Positions 20,208 to 30,779 of a stretch of DNA of 64,000 bases are shown piece by piece. The notes under the pieces were generated by a model. That model worked only from the letters and a program-made list of their open reading frames with translations, was not told the origin of the DNA and made no database searches. Within the stretch, counting starts at the first letter, position 1; every line of letters starts with the position of its first letter. Source of the stretch: an uncultured Acidobacteriaceae bacterium (GTDB lineage: Bacteria > Acidobacteriota > Terriglobia > Terriglobales > Acidobacteriaceae); assembly GCA_963709025.1 (NCBI GenBank), contig CAVPVE010000022.1:3509-67508 (forward strand), in the 5' to 3' direction. Both the position numbers and the translations under genes were made by a program.

Positions 20208-21146
20208 ATGAGCAAGAGTAGAGCTGGAAGAATCGTATTCACTATGCTGTCTCTGGCAGCGCTCTCGCTTGTCTGCGGCGTTGCTGCGGCGCAAAACGTG
20301 CAGGGAGTGATCAATGGAAGAAGTGGCGCCACCATGACGCTGCAGACGCAGGGTGGCGGCAATATCGTCGTGCTGCTCACGCCTTACACCCAGGTGGACG
20401 AGGTTGAGGGGTTGTTCAAAGCGCGCAAGAAAGAGATGGGTGTCACCGCTTTGATCCCGGGTCTCCCGGTACAGGTACAAGGGGCTAACAACGCACAGAA
20501 TCAACTCGTGGCGGACACGGTCAAGTTCAAAGGCGACGACCTGAGGAACGCAGAAGATACTCAGGCAGGATTAGCCCCGACCGCCCAGCAGGTGCAAGCC
20601 AACCAGCAGCAGATCCAACAGAGCGAGCAACAAATTCAGGCCCAGAAACAAGCACTTCAACAGCAACAGCAGCAACTCGCAGCCGAGCAGCAAAGAACCG
20701 CCGCGAACCAGGCGGCGATTGCGGCGAACAAGGCTGCCATCGCAGCCGACAATAAGCGCTTCGGAGAGCTGGCCGATTACAACATCCTGGGAGAGGTGAC
20801 GGTCTACTTCGCCAATGGCAGTACGGCCATTGAATCGCAGTACGATCCCCAGTTGCTGCAATTGGCGCAAAAAGCTACGGGTATAACGGGCTACATTCTT
20901 CAAGTACAAGGGTACGCATCCGCCGTCGGATCGGCAGCCTTGAATCAACGACTCAGCTGCGAGCGGGCCGACCATGTCACCGAGTTTCTCGAGCAGCAGG
21001 GGAAGATTCCGTTGACGAACATGCTCGCGCCCGGTGCGATGGGCACGACCAACCAAGTGGCGCCCGACGCTACCATGGAAGGGCAAGCCGAGAACCGCAG
21101 AGTCGTCGTCAGGATTCTGCAGAACAAGGGCATCGCTGGCACATAA
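20208..21146 (+). CDS. OmpA-family protein with a Gln-rich coiled coil
   Basis: AAGGAG RBS and a signal peptide. Q-rich heptad region. OmpA_C motifs (TVYFANGSTAI..., GYASAVGSAALNQRLSCERA, NRRVVVRIL). Confidence 0.8.
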   Translation: MSKSRAGRIVFTMLSLAALSLVCGVAAAQNVQGVINGRSGATMTLQTQGGGNIVVLLTPYTQVDEVEGLFKARKKEMGVTALIPGLPVQVQGANNAQNQLVADTVKFKGDDLRNAEDTQAGLAPTAQQVQANQQQIQQSEQQIQAQKQALQQQQQQLAAEQQRTAANQAAIAANKAAIAADNKRFGELADYNILGEVTVYFANGSTAIESQYDPQLLQLAQKATGITGYILQVQGYASAVGSAALNQRLSCERADHVTEFLEQQGKIPLTNMLAPGAMGTTNQVAPDATMEGQAENRRVVVRILQNKGIAGT

Positions 21147-21217
21147 ACGAATTTGTAGCAAGAATAGCGCTCGTCCTTCACGGCAAGTTTCTTGCTCCGT
21201 CGGAGCGAGGCGAAGGT

Positions 21218-21859
21218 CTAGGCAGCCACAATGTGGTTCCGAACAGCATACTTGACGAGTGAGGCGGTGCTTTTGGCACCCAGCACCTCCATCATTCGGT
21301 ACTTGTGATAAACAACCGTCCGAGGCGACATATGCAGGATGCCGCTGATTTCCTTCATCGCCCTGCCTTCAGCCAGCAACTGCAGCACTTCACGCTGCCG
21401 CTGGGTGAGACGTTCCTCTTCATTGACCAAGCCTTTGCCTTCCCATCTTAAGAAATCGATCGTGTCGCGCGACAGACTCTTGCACAGATAAGTGTTACAC
21501 CGCAGCGCCTCACGGACCGCCAGCACTATCTCTGCAGCGGCACAGGTTTTCAGCAGGTAGCCTGATGCCCCGCGCGCGAAGGCCTCGGCGGCCACTTCTG
21601 GATCAGTATTCATGGTCAGGTAGACCAACTTGACCGCGGGCTGCATCCGCTTCACTTGCCGCCCCGCATCCAACCCATTCAGGATGGGCATGGCGACATC
21701 GACAACGATAAGATCCGGTTTCAGTTCGCTGGCGGCAAGCACCATCTCGCGACCATCGCTTACCACGCCGATCACCTCAAACTCCGGTTCGAGGAGTCTT
21801 TTGCATAGTTCAGCCACCAGATTGTGGTCATCAGCAATCAGGATGCGTGAGCGGTTCAT
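21218..21859 (-). CDS. LuxR/NarL-family response regulator
   Basis: REC (ILIADDHNL...DLIVVDVAMP) plus LuxR HTH (LTQRQREVLQLLAEGRAMKEISGILHMSPRTV). Confidence 0.85.
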   Translation of the reverse strand: MNRSRILIADDHNLVAELCKRLLEPEFEVIGVVSDGREMVLAASELKPDLIVVDVAMPILNGLDAGRQVKRMQPAVKLVYLTMNTDPEVAAEAFARGASGYLLKTCAAAEIVLAVREALRCNTYLCKSLSRDTIDFLRWEGKGLVNEEERLTQRQREVLQLLAEGRAMKEISGILHMSPRTVVYHKYRMMEVLGAKSTASLVKYAVRNHIVAA

Positions 21860-22113
21860 CGTTGCTTCTCCGTATCTTCGGTGATCCTAAGAAGTGCCAA
21901 TTTGGCCACTGGAATGGTGAACTGCGACTGGCCGCAAACCAGGCAGACCAGGACTTTTGGGAAAAACAAGACGCCAGGATGACCAACATTCTTGAAGCCA
22001 CGGAAATGGAGGTTTACTTCAGCAGGGAACTCCACTTGATTCTCTGATTTGCATATCGGACAAGTCCGAGCCGTCCTTTCCTCGTCATCCACCCCAAGGG
22101 ACCGCGTCGCCAT
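21856..22113 (-). CDS. Small zinc-ribbon protein, translationally coupled to the LuxR regulator
   Basis: 85 aa with CPIC...x38...CLVC. Its stop overlaps the regulator start by 4 nt. Confidence 0.5.
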   Translation of the reverse strand: MATRSLGVDDEERTARTCPICKSENQVEFPAEVNLHFRGFKNVGHPGVLFFPKVLVCLVCGQSQFTIPVAKLALLRITEDTEKQR

Positions 22114-22309
22114 ACGATTCCTCTTTTCTATTTTCTGGGTTTCTACTCCGCATATCCTTCTATCTAGTAAGACGGAAAATGCGGGTCAAAACCGCAATCG
22201 GGTGAACAAAAGATTGAAGGAAATGAGGACTGCGGCTTCGCAGCGAACAGATACCGCGCTGGGCTTCTGTCTGCCAAAACGTATAATGTATTGAGCCTAG
22301 GAGGTTTGG

Positions 22310-22894
22310 ATGACCGCTTCTTCGACCCACGAGGTCACCCAGCTTCTCAGAGCATGGACAACTGGGGACCAACAGGCTCTGGAAAAGCTAACCCCGTTGG
22401 TCTATCAGCAATTGCATCGCGTAGCACGGCACTATATGGCGGGACAACGATCCGGCCACATCCTGCAAACAACCGCACTGGTCAACGAAGTCTACTTGCA
22501 GCTTGTCGATTGTGGACAGGTGAATTGGCAGGATCGGGCGCATTTCTTGGCTGTGTCCGCTCAGCTGATGCGGCGCATTCTGATCGATTTTGCCCGTTCG
22601 CGCGGCGCCCAGAAACGCGGCGCGGGCGCGCTTCCCATATCCTTGGACGACGCGCCTTCGGTGTGCTTCGACCCCGATCCCAACCTGGTAGCACTCGATG
22701 ATGCTTTGCAAGCATTGGGCGCGATTGATGAGAGGAAGAGTAAAGTTGTGGAGTTGAGGTTCTTCGGTGGATTGAGCATCGATGAGACAGCCGAGGTCTT
22801 GAAAGTTTCTTCCGAAACCGTGCAGCGGGATTGGAGATTGGCGAAAGTCTGGCTCCTTCGGGAGTTGAGCGAGAGGAATGGGCGTGGAGCCTGA
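22310..22894 (+). CDS. ECF-type sigma-70 factor (kinase-associated ECF group)
   Basis: [34 protein letters not shown] (N-terminal extension typical of kinase-linked ECFs). Region 2 and region 4 ([30 protein letters not shown]). Confidence 0.85.
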   Translation: MTASSTHEVTQLLRAWTTGDQQALEKLTPLVYQQLHRVARHYMAGQRSGHILQTTALVNEVYLQLVDCGQVNWQDRAHFLAVSAQLMRRILIDFARSRGAQKRGAGALPISLDDAPSVCFDPDPNLVALDDALQALGAIDERKSKVVELRFFGGLSIDETAEVLKVSSETVQRDWRLAKVWLLRELSERNGRGA

Positions 22895-25800
22895 ACTCTG
22901 GCGTCGAGTAGAAGATTTGTACCACCGTGCCTTGGAACTGGACGAGAACCGCCGCACGGAATTCCTTGAACACTCCTGCGGGAATGATGAGGTGCTTCGT
23001 CGCGAAGTAGAGTCGCTCCTCGCACAAGAGAAGAACGCCGAACATTTCATTGAATCACCGGCGCTGGAAATTGTCGGCAAAATGATTGCCCGTGAGCCGG
23101 GAACGGCGGACCGTGGGACGAAACTGATCGGCAGCAAAGTTTCCCGTTATCGCGTCCTCGAGAAACTCGGCAGCGGCGGCATGGGCGTGGTTTACAAGGC
23201 TGAAGACACCGAACTTGGCCGTTTCGTCGCCCTCAAATTCCTACCTGACGAACTATCGCGAGACCCGCACGCCCTAGAACGGCTTCGCCGCGAGGCGCGT
23301 GCAGCGTCGGCTCTCAATCATCCCAACATTTGCACTATCTACGAAATCGGCAGGCATGGTGAGCAGTCTTTTCTGGTCATGGAGTTTCTGGACGGCGTAA
23401 CGCTGAAGCATTTCATCGCGGAAAAACCGCTAGATAACGACCCTTTGATCGCGCTGGCGATTGAGATTGCGGACGGACTCGATGCCGCGCATTCCCAGGG
23501 AATTGTCCACCGCGACATTAAGCCTACAAACATTTTTGTCACCCGGCGCGGCCACGCTAAGATTCTGGATTTTGGGCTGGCAAAAGTCGCACCCACGGCC
23601 CAACGCTCAGTCGACGAACAGCAGGTCACCGCTCCCGGTACGATGCTCGGCACTGTCGCTTACATGTCGCCGGAGCAGGTGCGAGGCAAAGAACTTGATG
23701 GCCGTACGGACTTGTTCTCGTTTGGCGCGGTGCTTTATGAGATGGCAACCGGGATGGTGCCTTTTCAAGGGGAAACCTCGGGGGTTGTTTTCAGCGCGAT
23801 TTTGGAACATCTCCCTCTTCCCCCTCTCCGAATCAATCCCGTGATGCCACCGAAACTCGAAGAGATCGTCAACAAGGCATTGGAGAAGGACCGGAACCTG
23901 CGCTACCAGCACGCCTCGGAGATGCGAGCCGATCTGCAACGGTTAAAACGGGACACCGAGACGGGCCGCTTTGCCATGGCAAAAGCGGGCACGAGCGCGA
24001 TACCGGAAACGCCTGCTGCCGGGCGAGGGAAGATCTTCAGAATAGCGGTTCCAGTTCTGGTCTCTGCGCTGCTTATCGTTTTTCTGGTCGTGGGTGGGTT
24101 TTACTATCGTTCTCGACAGCTAAGCAAGCGCCTGACCGACAAAGACACCATCGTACTGGCCGATTTCACCAACACCACTGGGGACTCCATCTTCGACGGA
24201 ACTTTGCGGCAGGGCCTCGCCTCTCAACTCGACCAGTCGCCCTTTCTCAGCCTCGTTTCCGATGATCGCATCGCACAGACGCTCACCCTACTGGCCAAGC
24301 CGAAGGACTCGCGGCTTACTCATCAACTGGCCCGCGATGTCTGTCAGCGAAGCGGCAGCAAGGCGACCATCGAGGGGGCCATTTCCGGATTCGGAAACTC
24401 GTACGAGTTGTCGTTGCAGGCCGTGGACTGCCATAGCGGAGATGTGCTGACCGAGGTTCGTGAAAAGGCAGGGAGCAAGGAGCAGGTCCTTACGGCGCTG
24501 AGCAAAGCCGCAGCGAATATGCGCGGAAAACTGGGCGAGTCTCTGGCTTCGGTACAGAGGTACGACGTTCCTGCGGAAAACGTGACCACCGGCTCGCTTG
24601 AGGCCTTGCAGGCCTACAGCCTCGGCTATCGGGCCATGGACGTAAGAGAAGACTTCATGGGAGCGATCCCGTTGTTCGAGCAAGCCACAAGTTTGGATCC
24701 GAATTTTGCGATGGCGTATGGGCTGCTGTCCACGAACTATGGCAACAGAGGCCAGAGCGCCAAGGCTGCCGAAAACGGTCGCAAGGCCTACCAACTACGC
24801 CAGAGAGTGAGCGAACGGGAGAGGTTTTACATCGAAACCTCCTACGAGCGCAACGTAACGGAAAACGCCGAGGCTGCGCGGAAGATCTACGAGGCTTGGG
24901 CGCTAGCGTACCCGCGGGATGACATTCCCCCAAACGACCTAGGGGTCATCTACACGCAATTAGGCGATCACGAGAAGGCACTCTCCGCCTACCAGCAAAG
25001 TGCGCAGCTCAATCCAGACACCGGGATCGGAGATGGGAATATCCTGTCTGCGTACATCAGCCTCAACCGCCTGGATGAAGCCAAAGCCACTATCGAGGAG
25101 GCACAGGCACACAAGGTTGATTTTCCCAATCTTCACTTCCGCTCGTACGACCTTGCCTTTTTGCAGCTGGATGCGGCTGGGATGGAGCGCGAGGCTGCAT
25201 TCCTGATCGGCAGGCCCGGGTTCGAGCCCGCAGTGCTGTACACCGAGTCCGAGACGGCGGCCTACCGTGGTCAGATTCTCCGAGCACGGGAGTTGGCGAT
25301 ACGAGTGATTGAGATCGCGAAGCGCTCTGGGCACAACGAATGGGCAGGGGGATTCGAAGTTCAGGCTGCTTTGCGCGAGGCCCTCATGGGCAATTTGACA
25401 TTGGCGCGGCGCCAGGCCGAGGACGCCCTCGGTCTTACGGACAATAAATACGTTCAGGCAGTGGCTGCGACGGTTCTGGGGCTAACGGGCGATACCGCAA
25501 AAGCGACAAGCTTGGCGGGCGATCTAGCACGCCTTTATCCGGAGAATACCAGCATGCGGTTTCATTATCTGCCCATGATCCGCTGCGCCGTGGCGACGCA
25601 GAAAGGTAACGCGGCGAAACCGCTGGATGCCACAGAGATCGACGAACGATACGATTTGGGTTCACCAAGCTGGATGAATTACGTAAAGCTCTACACGGTT
25701 TACCTGCGGGCCCAGGCGTACTTGGCCGCGCGCCAGCCCGTTCCGGCAGCCGCGGCCTTTCAGAAAATCCTGGACCATCCCGGGTTGGTCGTGAACGAAC

Positions 25801-25967
25801 CGATCGGCGCCTTGGCGCATTTAGGCCTTGGCCGCGCTTACGCGATGGCCGGGGACTCTAACAAGGCAAGGACAGCCTACCAGGACTTTCTTGTGCTCTG
25901 GAAAGAAGCGGATCTCGATCTCCCGATCTTGAAGCAAGCGAAGGCGGAGTATGAGAAGTTGCTATAG
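22878..25967 (+). CDS. Ser/Thr protein kinase with TM segment and C-terminal TPR region
   Basis: [33 protein letters not shown] and YMSPEQ, followed by one TM and long TPR-like repeats. Overlaps the sigma-factor gene by 17 nt. Confidence 0.9.
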   Translation: MGVEPELWRRVEDLYHRALELDENRRTEFLEHSCGNDEVLRREVESLLAQEKNAEHFIESPALEIVGKMIAREPGTADRGTKLIGSKVSRYRVLEKLGSGGMGVVYKAEDTELGRFVALKFLPDELSRDPHALERLRREARAASALNHPNICTIYEIGRHGEQSFLVMEFLDGVTLKHFIAEKPLDNDPLIALAIEIADGLDAAHSQGIVHRDIKPTNIFVTRRGHAKILDFGLAKVAPTAQRSVDEQQVTAPGTMLGTVAYMSPEQVRGKELDGRTDLFSFGAVLYEMATGMVPFQGETSGVVFSAILEHLPLPPLRINPVMPPKLEEIVNKALEKDRNLRYQHASEMRADLQRLKRDTETGRFAMAKAGTSAIPETPAAGRGKIFRIAVPVLVSALLIVFLVVGGFYYRSRQLSKRLTDKDTIVLADFTNTTGDSIFDGTLRQGLASQLDQSPFLSLVSDDRIAQTLTLLAKPKDSRLTHQLARDVCQRSGSKATIEGAISGFGNSYELSLQAVDCHSGDVLTEVREKAGSKEQVLTALSKAAANMRGKLGESLASVQRYDVPAENVTTGSLEALQAYSLGYRAMDVREDFMGAIPLFEQATSLDPNFAMAYGLLSTNYGNRGQSAKAAENGRKAYQLRQRVSERERFYIETSYERNVTENAEAARKIYEAWALAYPRDDIPPNDLGVIYTQLGDHEKALSAYQQSAQLNPDTGIGDGNILSAYISLNRLDEAKATIEEAQAHKVDFPNLHFRSYDLAFLQLDAAGMEREAAFLIGRPGFEPAVLYTESETAAYRGQILRARELAIRVIEIAKRSGHNEWAGGFEVQAALREALMGNLTLARRQAEDALGLTDNKYVQAVAATVLGLTGDTAKATSLAGDLARLYPENTSMRFHYLPMIRCAVATQKGNAAKPLDATEIDERYDLGSPSWMNYVKLYTVYLRAQAYLAARQPVPAAAAFQKILDHPGLVVNEPIGALAHLGLGRAYAMAGDSNKARTAYQDFLVLWKEADLDLPILKQAKAEYEKLL

Positions 25968-26314
25968 CGGGCAAGTTTGTTCGGGCCACGCACCTATTCC
26001 TTTTCCTTTGTTTCACCTTACTCACAGTATCGCTCCACCCTCACTTGACGCAGGCCATAAAGGGAGCAAAGGCGACGAAACGTTTCACTTGATTCCGTCG
26101 CAGGCCGATATTGGCTAGGGGAGGAGTCGAGTAGACTCACTCCGCGGAGAAGTCATCGCGACTCGACCAGAGGCAAGCCGGTTCAAGAATGAGCGCAGCA
26201 TCGGACACCCTCCGGGCACCCAGACGGATGTCTTGTTCGTATCTGCTTGATTTTGTTATGTCGTGCATGGAGTAAGCTGGACGTGCAAGTTGTTGTTTGT
26301 AATTGGGTTGGCGA

Positions 26315-26361
26315 CCCTTTTAAGGCATGGGTCGCAGGTTCGAGTCCTGCCGCGCTCACCA
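26315..26361 (+). other. 3' half of a tRNA-Lys(UUU) gene (att-site remnant, not a functional tRNA)
   Basis: Layout: CTTTTAA anticodon loop, GGCAT, GGGTC variable loop, GCAGG-TTCGAGT-CCTGC T-arm, CGCGCTC, A, CCA. No 5' acceptor strand (GAGCGCG) or D-arm exists upstream, and the 5' anticodon-stem strand is unpaired. Confidence 0.7.
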
Positions 26362-26394
26362 AAAACCCTTTTCGGTTCATTGGATTACATCGCT

Positions 26395-27630
26395 CTAGGC
26401 ATTTTCTGCCAAGAGATTCTGACCCACACCCAGCCCACAACTCTCAAACCAGCGCACCTGCACGCCGTGCATTTCGTCGGTGACCACCTGAGCGTAACTC
26501 CTCAGCATGATCTCCGGTCCCGCATCGCGCATGTTGCCTTGGGCGGTCTTCACATCAGTCTTGTCGATGGACACCATCCAAGTAGCCATGCTTGAACGCA
26601 GGGAGTGAAGCCCGAATCGTTGTCCATCAGCGATCTGTATTCCCGCGGCTATCGCAGCGGAACGTAGATGGTCAGTGACGAAGACTCCCGCGCTCATCGG
26701 GATTGCCCCATGCATCTTGAACGAGGGAAAAATCCAATCGTCGTCCTGCGCATAAGGCGTGACGCGACGCCATTGGCGCAGGAACCATGCCAACTGCTGA
26801 GACATTGACACCGGGGCCTTCGAGGCTTTTGTTTTCGGTTTGTCGATGCATGCAGCTGTCCAACGGCGCTCGATCTTGATCTGGTTCTCATCCCAGATTA
26901 TGTCACGCCATTTGAGGCCACACGCTTCGGAAGCCCGAAGCGCGGTTGAGGCACAGACCAGAACGAGCATCTGGTGCATCGGATTCGGCAGCAGCAAGAT
27001 AATCTTCTTTACTTGCTCGGGCTTCACGATCACAGGAACGTAGTCCGATCCCACATCCTCCAGCCTCCATCCAGTAGCGGGATTGGTGGTTACAAGACCC
27101 TCGAACTGCGCCCAGTTGTAAATCGTTCCGATCATCGTCTTGATCTTCGAAATCGTAGGTCCGGCAAGGTCCCCATCATCCCGCAACAGATATAACCAGT
27201 CGCGGAGATCGCGTCTGGTGATTTTGTCGGCGATCCGGTTACCCCATTGAGGCATGATGTGGTTTTGGACATAAGATTTCGTGCTGTCCGTGGTCGTCTT
27301 CGCCCGACGAGAACCGGAGACAGACTTCCAGTTTCTGACGGAGAGATCGTACTCCAGCCCGTGCACCTTGTTCATGTAACCCGCCAGGACTCTCGTCATT
27401 GTGGTTTCTGGCCCAGCGTCCTTGTTGATGAATACGCGGACACCCAGCCGATCCACTTCCTTCCAAGCATCTTCCTTGGTCGGAAAATCCGCCAGCGCAC
27501 CGATAATTGTGCCGTTCTCGACGCGCCGATCCTCTTTCCGGACGCGGAACCTGAATAACCACATCCGGCACTTCTTGCCTTCTGTAATGCGCCAAACTTT
27601 CTTTAGACTCCCGTTCTGGTATGCCATCAC
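26395..27630 (-). CDS. Tyrosine-type site-specific integrase
   Basis: 411 aa. Box I ALRASEACGLKWRDI. HSLRSSMATWM (HxxR). C-terminal ...MLRSYAQV (catalytic Tyr). It ends 34 nt from the tRNA-Lys fragment. Confidence 0.85.
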   Translation of the reverse strand: MMAYQNGSLKKVWRITEGKKCRMWLFRFRVRKEDRRVENGTIIGALADFPTKEDAWKEVDRLGVRVFINKDAGPETTMTRVLAGYMNKVHGLEYDLSVRNWKSVSGSRRAKTTTDSTKSYVQNHIMPQWGNRIADKITRRDLRDWLYLLRDDGDLAGPTISKIKTMIGTIYNWAQFEGLVTTNPATGWRLEDVGSDYVPVIVKPEQVKKIILLLPNPMHQMLVLVCASTALRASEACGLKWRDIIWDENQIKIERRWTAACIDKPKTKASKAPVSMSQQLAWFLRQWRRVTPYAQDDDWIFPSFKMHGAIPMSAGVFVTDHLRSAAIAAGIQIADGQRFGLHSLRSSMATWMVSIDKTDVKTAQGNMRDAGPEIMLRSYAQVVTDEMHGVQVRWFESCGLGVGQNLLAENA

Positions 27631-28103
27631 TGGCCTCCTTTGCGGGAGCCGCCGCCGCCGATTGTACGGCTATTGCCCCCCTTCGGGCTACTGCCGTCGC
27701 CGAGCACCCAAGAACGAAGCTCGCTGAGGAGAAAACGCCATGTCTTGCGCTGTCCGAGGCCAAGAGGGTGCGCGGGGATTTCTCCACGTATCGCGAGCTT
27801 GAGGATGTGTTTGCGGGAGAATGAAAGAAACTGGGCTGCTTTGTCTGCGTCCACGAAATGCTCTAGTGGTGCACCGCACGCTTCTTTGCCGAGAGGCTCT
27901 TGGGAAAGCCAGTTTGGTTTGAGCTCATTGGGACTTGACTGCAATTCGATTGTGTTCAAGCATGACCACCTCACATCACTTCCAAGGGCTTTGTGCCCCC
28001 CTCCGGTTGGACGGGAGCGATCTCCGTTTGCGGGATCATTACAATTCTCGCCGGTCACTCTCCGTTTGTTCCCAATCTGGCGGACGCCGTGGGCTGTCCG
28101 CAC
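27627..28103 (-). CDS. Excisionase/AlpA-like HTH DNA-binding protein
   Basis: C-terminal VDADKAAQFLSFSRKHILKLAIRGEIPAHPLG..RKTWRFLLSELRSWV. Its stop overlaps the integrase start (ATGA). The true start is probably downstream of the 28103 given by the track. Confidence 0.6.
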   Translation of the reverse strand: MRTAHGVRQIGNKRRVTGENCNDPANGDRSRPTGGGHKALGSDVRWSCLNTIELQSSPNELKPNWLSQEPLGKEACGAPLEHFVDADKAAQFLSFSRKHILKLAIRGEIPAHPLGLGQRKTWRFLLSELRSWVLGDGSSPKGGNSRTIGGGGSRKGGQ

Positions 28104-28442
28104 TCGGAACTTCGGGTCTGAGCCAGCCTCGTTTCTGCAGCCGTGACGCTGGATGACTCATCCTGGTTTGTAGCAGGCACTTTGTTTCGCAAGCATGGTC
28201 ACGGCATCTGCGCGCACCTGCGTACTTAACTAATACGCCAGTTCTGTGCTTCTTTCCTCACCTGGTTTCAACAGTTCCCAGGTGCCGGCATGAGCACAGA
28301 CTGGGGCGGCTGATTTGCCCAGATTAGTGCCCCCTCGGACTCTTATGTGATGGGGCGGACCACCAGGCAGGCGCTTCAAGAGGTTCGGTTGGCCGGCTAT
28401 CGGGGAGAGTTGGCAACTCAACAGGATCAATCAGGAGATTGA

Positions 28443-28634
28443 ACAGGTCACCTCATTATTCGCGACTCCGGTTCAGGCTTTGAACTCGAAGCTACCAGGG
28501 ACAGTCGGGGGCTTGGCCTGGTCAGCATGGAAGAGCGACTCAGGCTGGTGAAGGGAACGCTTTCAATCGACTCGCAACCTAACCGCGGGACAACGATCCA
28601 CGCTATCGTGCCCGTCTCTCCAACCGCGCTGTAA
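28443..28634 (+). pseudogene. 3' fragment of a histidine kinase gene (HATPase_c tail only)
   Basis: Begins after an in-frame TGA. Reads ..HLIIRDSGSGFELEATRDSRGLGLVSMEERLRLVKGTLSIDSQPNRGTTIHAIVPVSPTAL*. No HisKA or sensor part lies upstream. Confidence 0.7.
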
Positions 28635-28731
28635 CCTTGCCTCCCTTGGCGTCGGCACGCTTCAACCAATCGCCATCGAAACCCTTGCCACCGGGAGCAA
28701 GGGTCCAGGCGGATTTCTGTGGTTGGCTGTT

Positions 28732-28846
28732 GCACCACGTAGCAATCCATCCAGAAGCCGTCCACACTAACGTCGTGAACTGGCCTCTCTTCGGGATAGA
28801 AGTCTTCGGAACCCATGCGGAACGCGCCGCCGGGTATCGAGGCCAT
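28732..28846 (-). pseudogene. 5' fragment of a formylglycine-generating enzyme gene
   Basis: MASIPGGAFRMGSEDFYPEERPVHDVSVDGFWMDCYVV matches residues of the intact FGE at 15638. Homology then stops abruptly. Confidence 0.7.
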
Positions 28847-28952
28847 ACCTGGATGCCGTGGAATGCTCGAAGTTTCGGTTGTTTGGCTAGAGTTCAGACT
28901 ATTGCGATTTTATTCAGTCGTTGCTGGATCTGCGTGCGATGGAACAAGATTC

Positions 28953-29860
28953 TCAAAACGGGAAGATAGTCTTCCAGTCGTCCTTCATGCTGACTACCGT
29001 CCAGCCGAATTTGGGTGCCTCGTCGAGGCCGCGGTCGAGTTTGCCTACGCCTGATTTGCGGTCGTATGCGAACTCGCGTACGGCATCGTCGTGATGAACG
29101 AGAAGTCCGAAACGTGGTCCCGTTCCGCCGGTGACCCATTCGAGCATCTGAAAATCACCATCGGAATTTCCAAATGCGGCAATGGGACGGCGGCCGATAA
29201 ACTTATTGATCCCTACCGGCTTGCCCGCGTTATCGTCGATGAAGTCCATCTTGGCTTCCCTTACCAGGACCGGCTTTCCGTCTCGAACCTCGTACTTCGT
29301 AATGATGCTGCTGCCGACAACCTGATCGGGAGGAATTCCATATACCTCTTCACTGAATGTCCGCATGAACTCGATGCCGCCGCCCGAGACGATAAAGGTC
29401 TTGAAATCATTCGCTCGTAAAAAGGCCAACAATTCCAGCATGGGTTGATAGACAAGATCGGTGTACGGCCTGTTGAACTTCGGATGCCGCGCCGTGGCCA
29501 GCCAGTCTTTAACGACACGTTCGAACTGTTCCGTAGTCATGCCTGCGTGAGTTGCCATTACGAGTTCAACCAGACCGGACATGCCAGCGGCATCCAGGGA
29601 CTTCATGTTGTTTTCGAGCACGGCCTTGAACGGTTGTTTGTCGTTCCACTCCGGATGTTGAGGTGCCAGCGCACGAACCCGGTCGAAAACAAAGAGCCCC
29701 TGAAAATAGAACGGCTGTTCGGCCCATAGCGTTCCGTCGTTGTCGAAGACGGCGATTCGTTCCCTGCAGGAACGAAATCCGGGCTGCCTTCGGTCGTCAC
29801 ACGACGCACGAAATCGAGTATGGATTGTTTCGCCTTGCCGTCGTTCCACGAAGCCAGCGG
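28953..29860 (-). pseudogene. HAD-superfamily phosphatase-like gene, frameshifted and lacking its own start and signal peptide
   Basis: PLASWNDGKAKQSILDFVRRVTTEGSPDFVPAGNE lies in one frame. RIAVFDNDGTLWAEQP...FIVSGGG...GNSDGD lies in another (shift near 29770). Confidence 0.75.
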
Positions 29861-30613
29861 CCCGCCTGCCTGATACTGCCAAAGCTTCTTTGCGGCGGTG
29901 CCGAAGTTTCCGAGTTGGTAGATGGACATGATCGGCCTTAAAGGTGAAGCTCTCGAAAGGCTCTGCTTTGAGCTGTTTTGCAAAATCTTCCTTGGCAACG
30001 CCCAGGGTGACGTGAGGCAAATAGTTTTGCCCGCTGGACTTCGGAACAAATGTCTCGACCCAGCCGATGGTCTCGGCGTTGATCCCGGTGCCGACGAAAG
30101 CCTCTCCGGTCCCGCCACTTACCGAAAATGGAGCTCACGGCGTCAATCACCTTCTGATGCAGTCGCATCAGCTCAGGAGTACGCTCGACAACGAAGACTG
30201 TACCGCGACTCCTCCCCAAATTACATACTCATATCCCTTTGCCTTCAGCCGCAATTCCGTCGGACGTTCGGCGGCGAAAACTTTCGTGAGCGCGGCGGTC
30301 ACCGCGTCGAAGTCTTTGGCTCGCACGAAACGCTGCAGCAGCGTGACATGCGGCGCATGCGTAGAGTCCAGCTCATATCCACCGGAAGATTCTCCCGCAA
30401 GCGAGCGTTGACGGCTTGGGCCTTCCCAATCATCGTCTGATCCGGTTCGATAAGGACATCGATGGCGATTAGCTTGTCGCCCGTGGTTTGCATGGCTACT
30501 CCATGATTCTCTGGTGTTCGATTCGTGATCTGCTCGGGCGTACGCCTGCTGCGGGGCAACCCTGAAATGAATCCAATGACAATCAAGAACATCAAAGCGG
30601 TTTTCTTCATCAT
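29861..30613 (-). pseudogene. 2H-phosphoesterase (LigT-like) gene with signal peptide and at least 4 frameshifts
   Basis: Pieces in different frames: MMKKTALMFLIVIGF...; ELDSTHAPHVTLLQRFV (first HxTx motif); GTVFVVERTPELMRLHQKVIDA; NYLPHVTLGVAKEDF (second HxTx motif); SIYQLGNFGTAAKKLW. The last piece runs in frame into the HAD remnant. Confidence 0.6.
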
Positions 30614-30719
30614 TGACCTACGTTCGCTTGGTAGCTCCGGTGCTAATTACTCGGGCGCATACCTTTACCGATCTCATTCTGACCGTCGGCTTTTTGGGAC
30701 AGTGCAAGGTGGGAGAAGT

Positions 30720-30753
30720 GTCGGCGCGATTCGAGACTACCAATCGCGCCGAC
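30720..30753. terminator. Perfect 12-bp stem hairpin downstream of the decayed sulfatase gene
   Basis: gtcggcgcgatt-cgagactacc-aatcgcgccgac. No U-tract. Confidence 0.3.
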
Positions 30754-30779
30754 CGCTCACTGTCGCGTCGTTAACGCGG

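Larger units (their letters stand above)
26315..28103. mobile_element. Integration module (tRNA-Lys-derived att remnant + int + xis) of an integrative element
   Basis: Juxtaposition of the three parts. The second att copy is not in the window, so the extent of the element is unknown. Confidence 0.6.

Noticed and set aside
26286-26361. A complete tRNA-Lys gene next to the integrase
   Set aside because: The T-arm, acceptor 3' strand, CCA and anticodon loop are perfect. However, no GAGCGCG 5' acceptor strand or D-arm exists, and the 5' anticodon-stem strand (CGACC) cannot pair with GGCAT. Only the 3' half is tRNA-derived.
25990-26361. tmRNA (ssrA), a common integrase target, in the roughly 370-nt non-coding stretch ending in ..CTCACCA
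   Set aside because: The acceptor end would give G1-C72/A2-U71/G3-C70, so there is no G3:U70 alanine identity pair. I found no GGGG.. 5' end and no tag-peptide reading frame ending in ..AA-stop.
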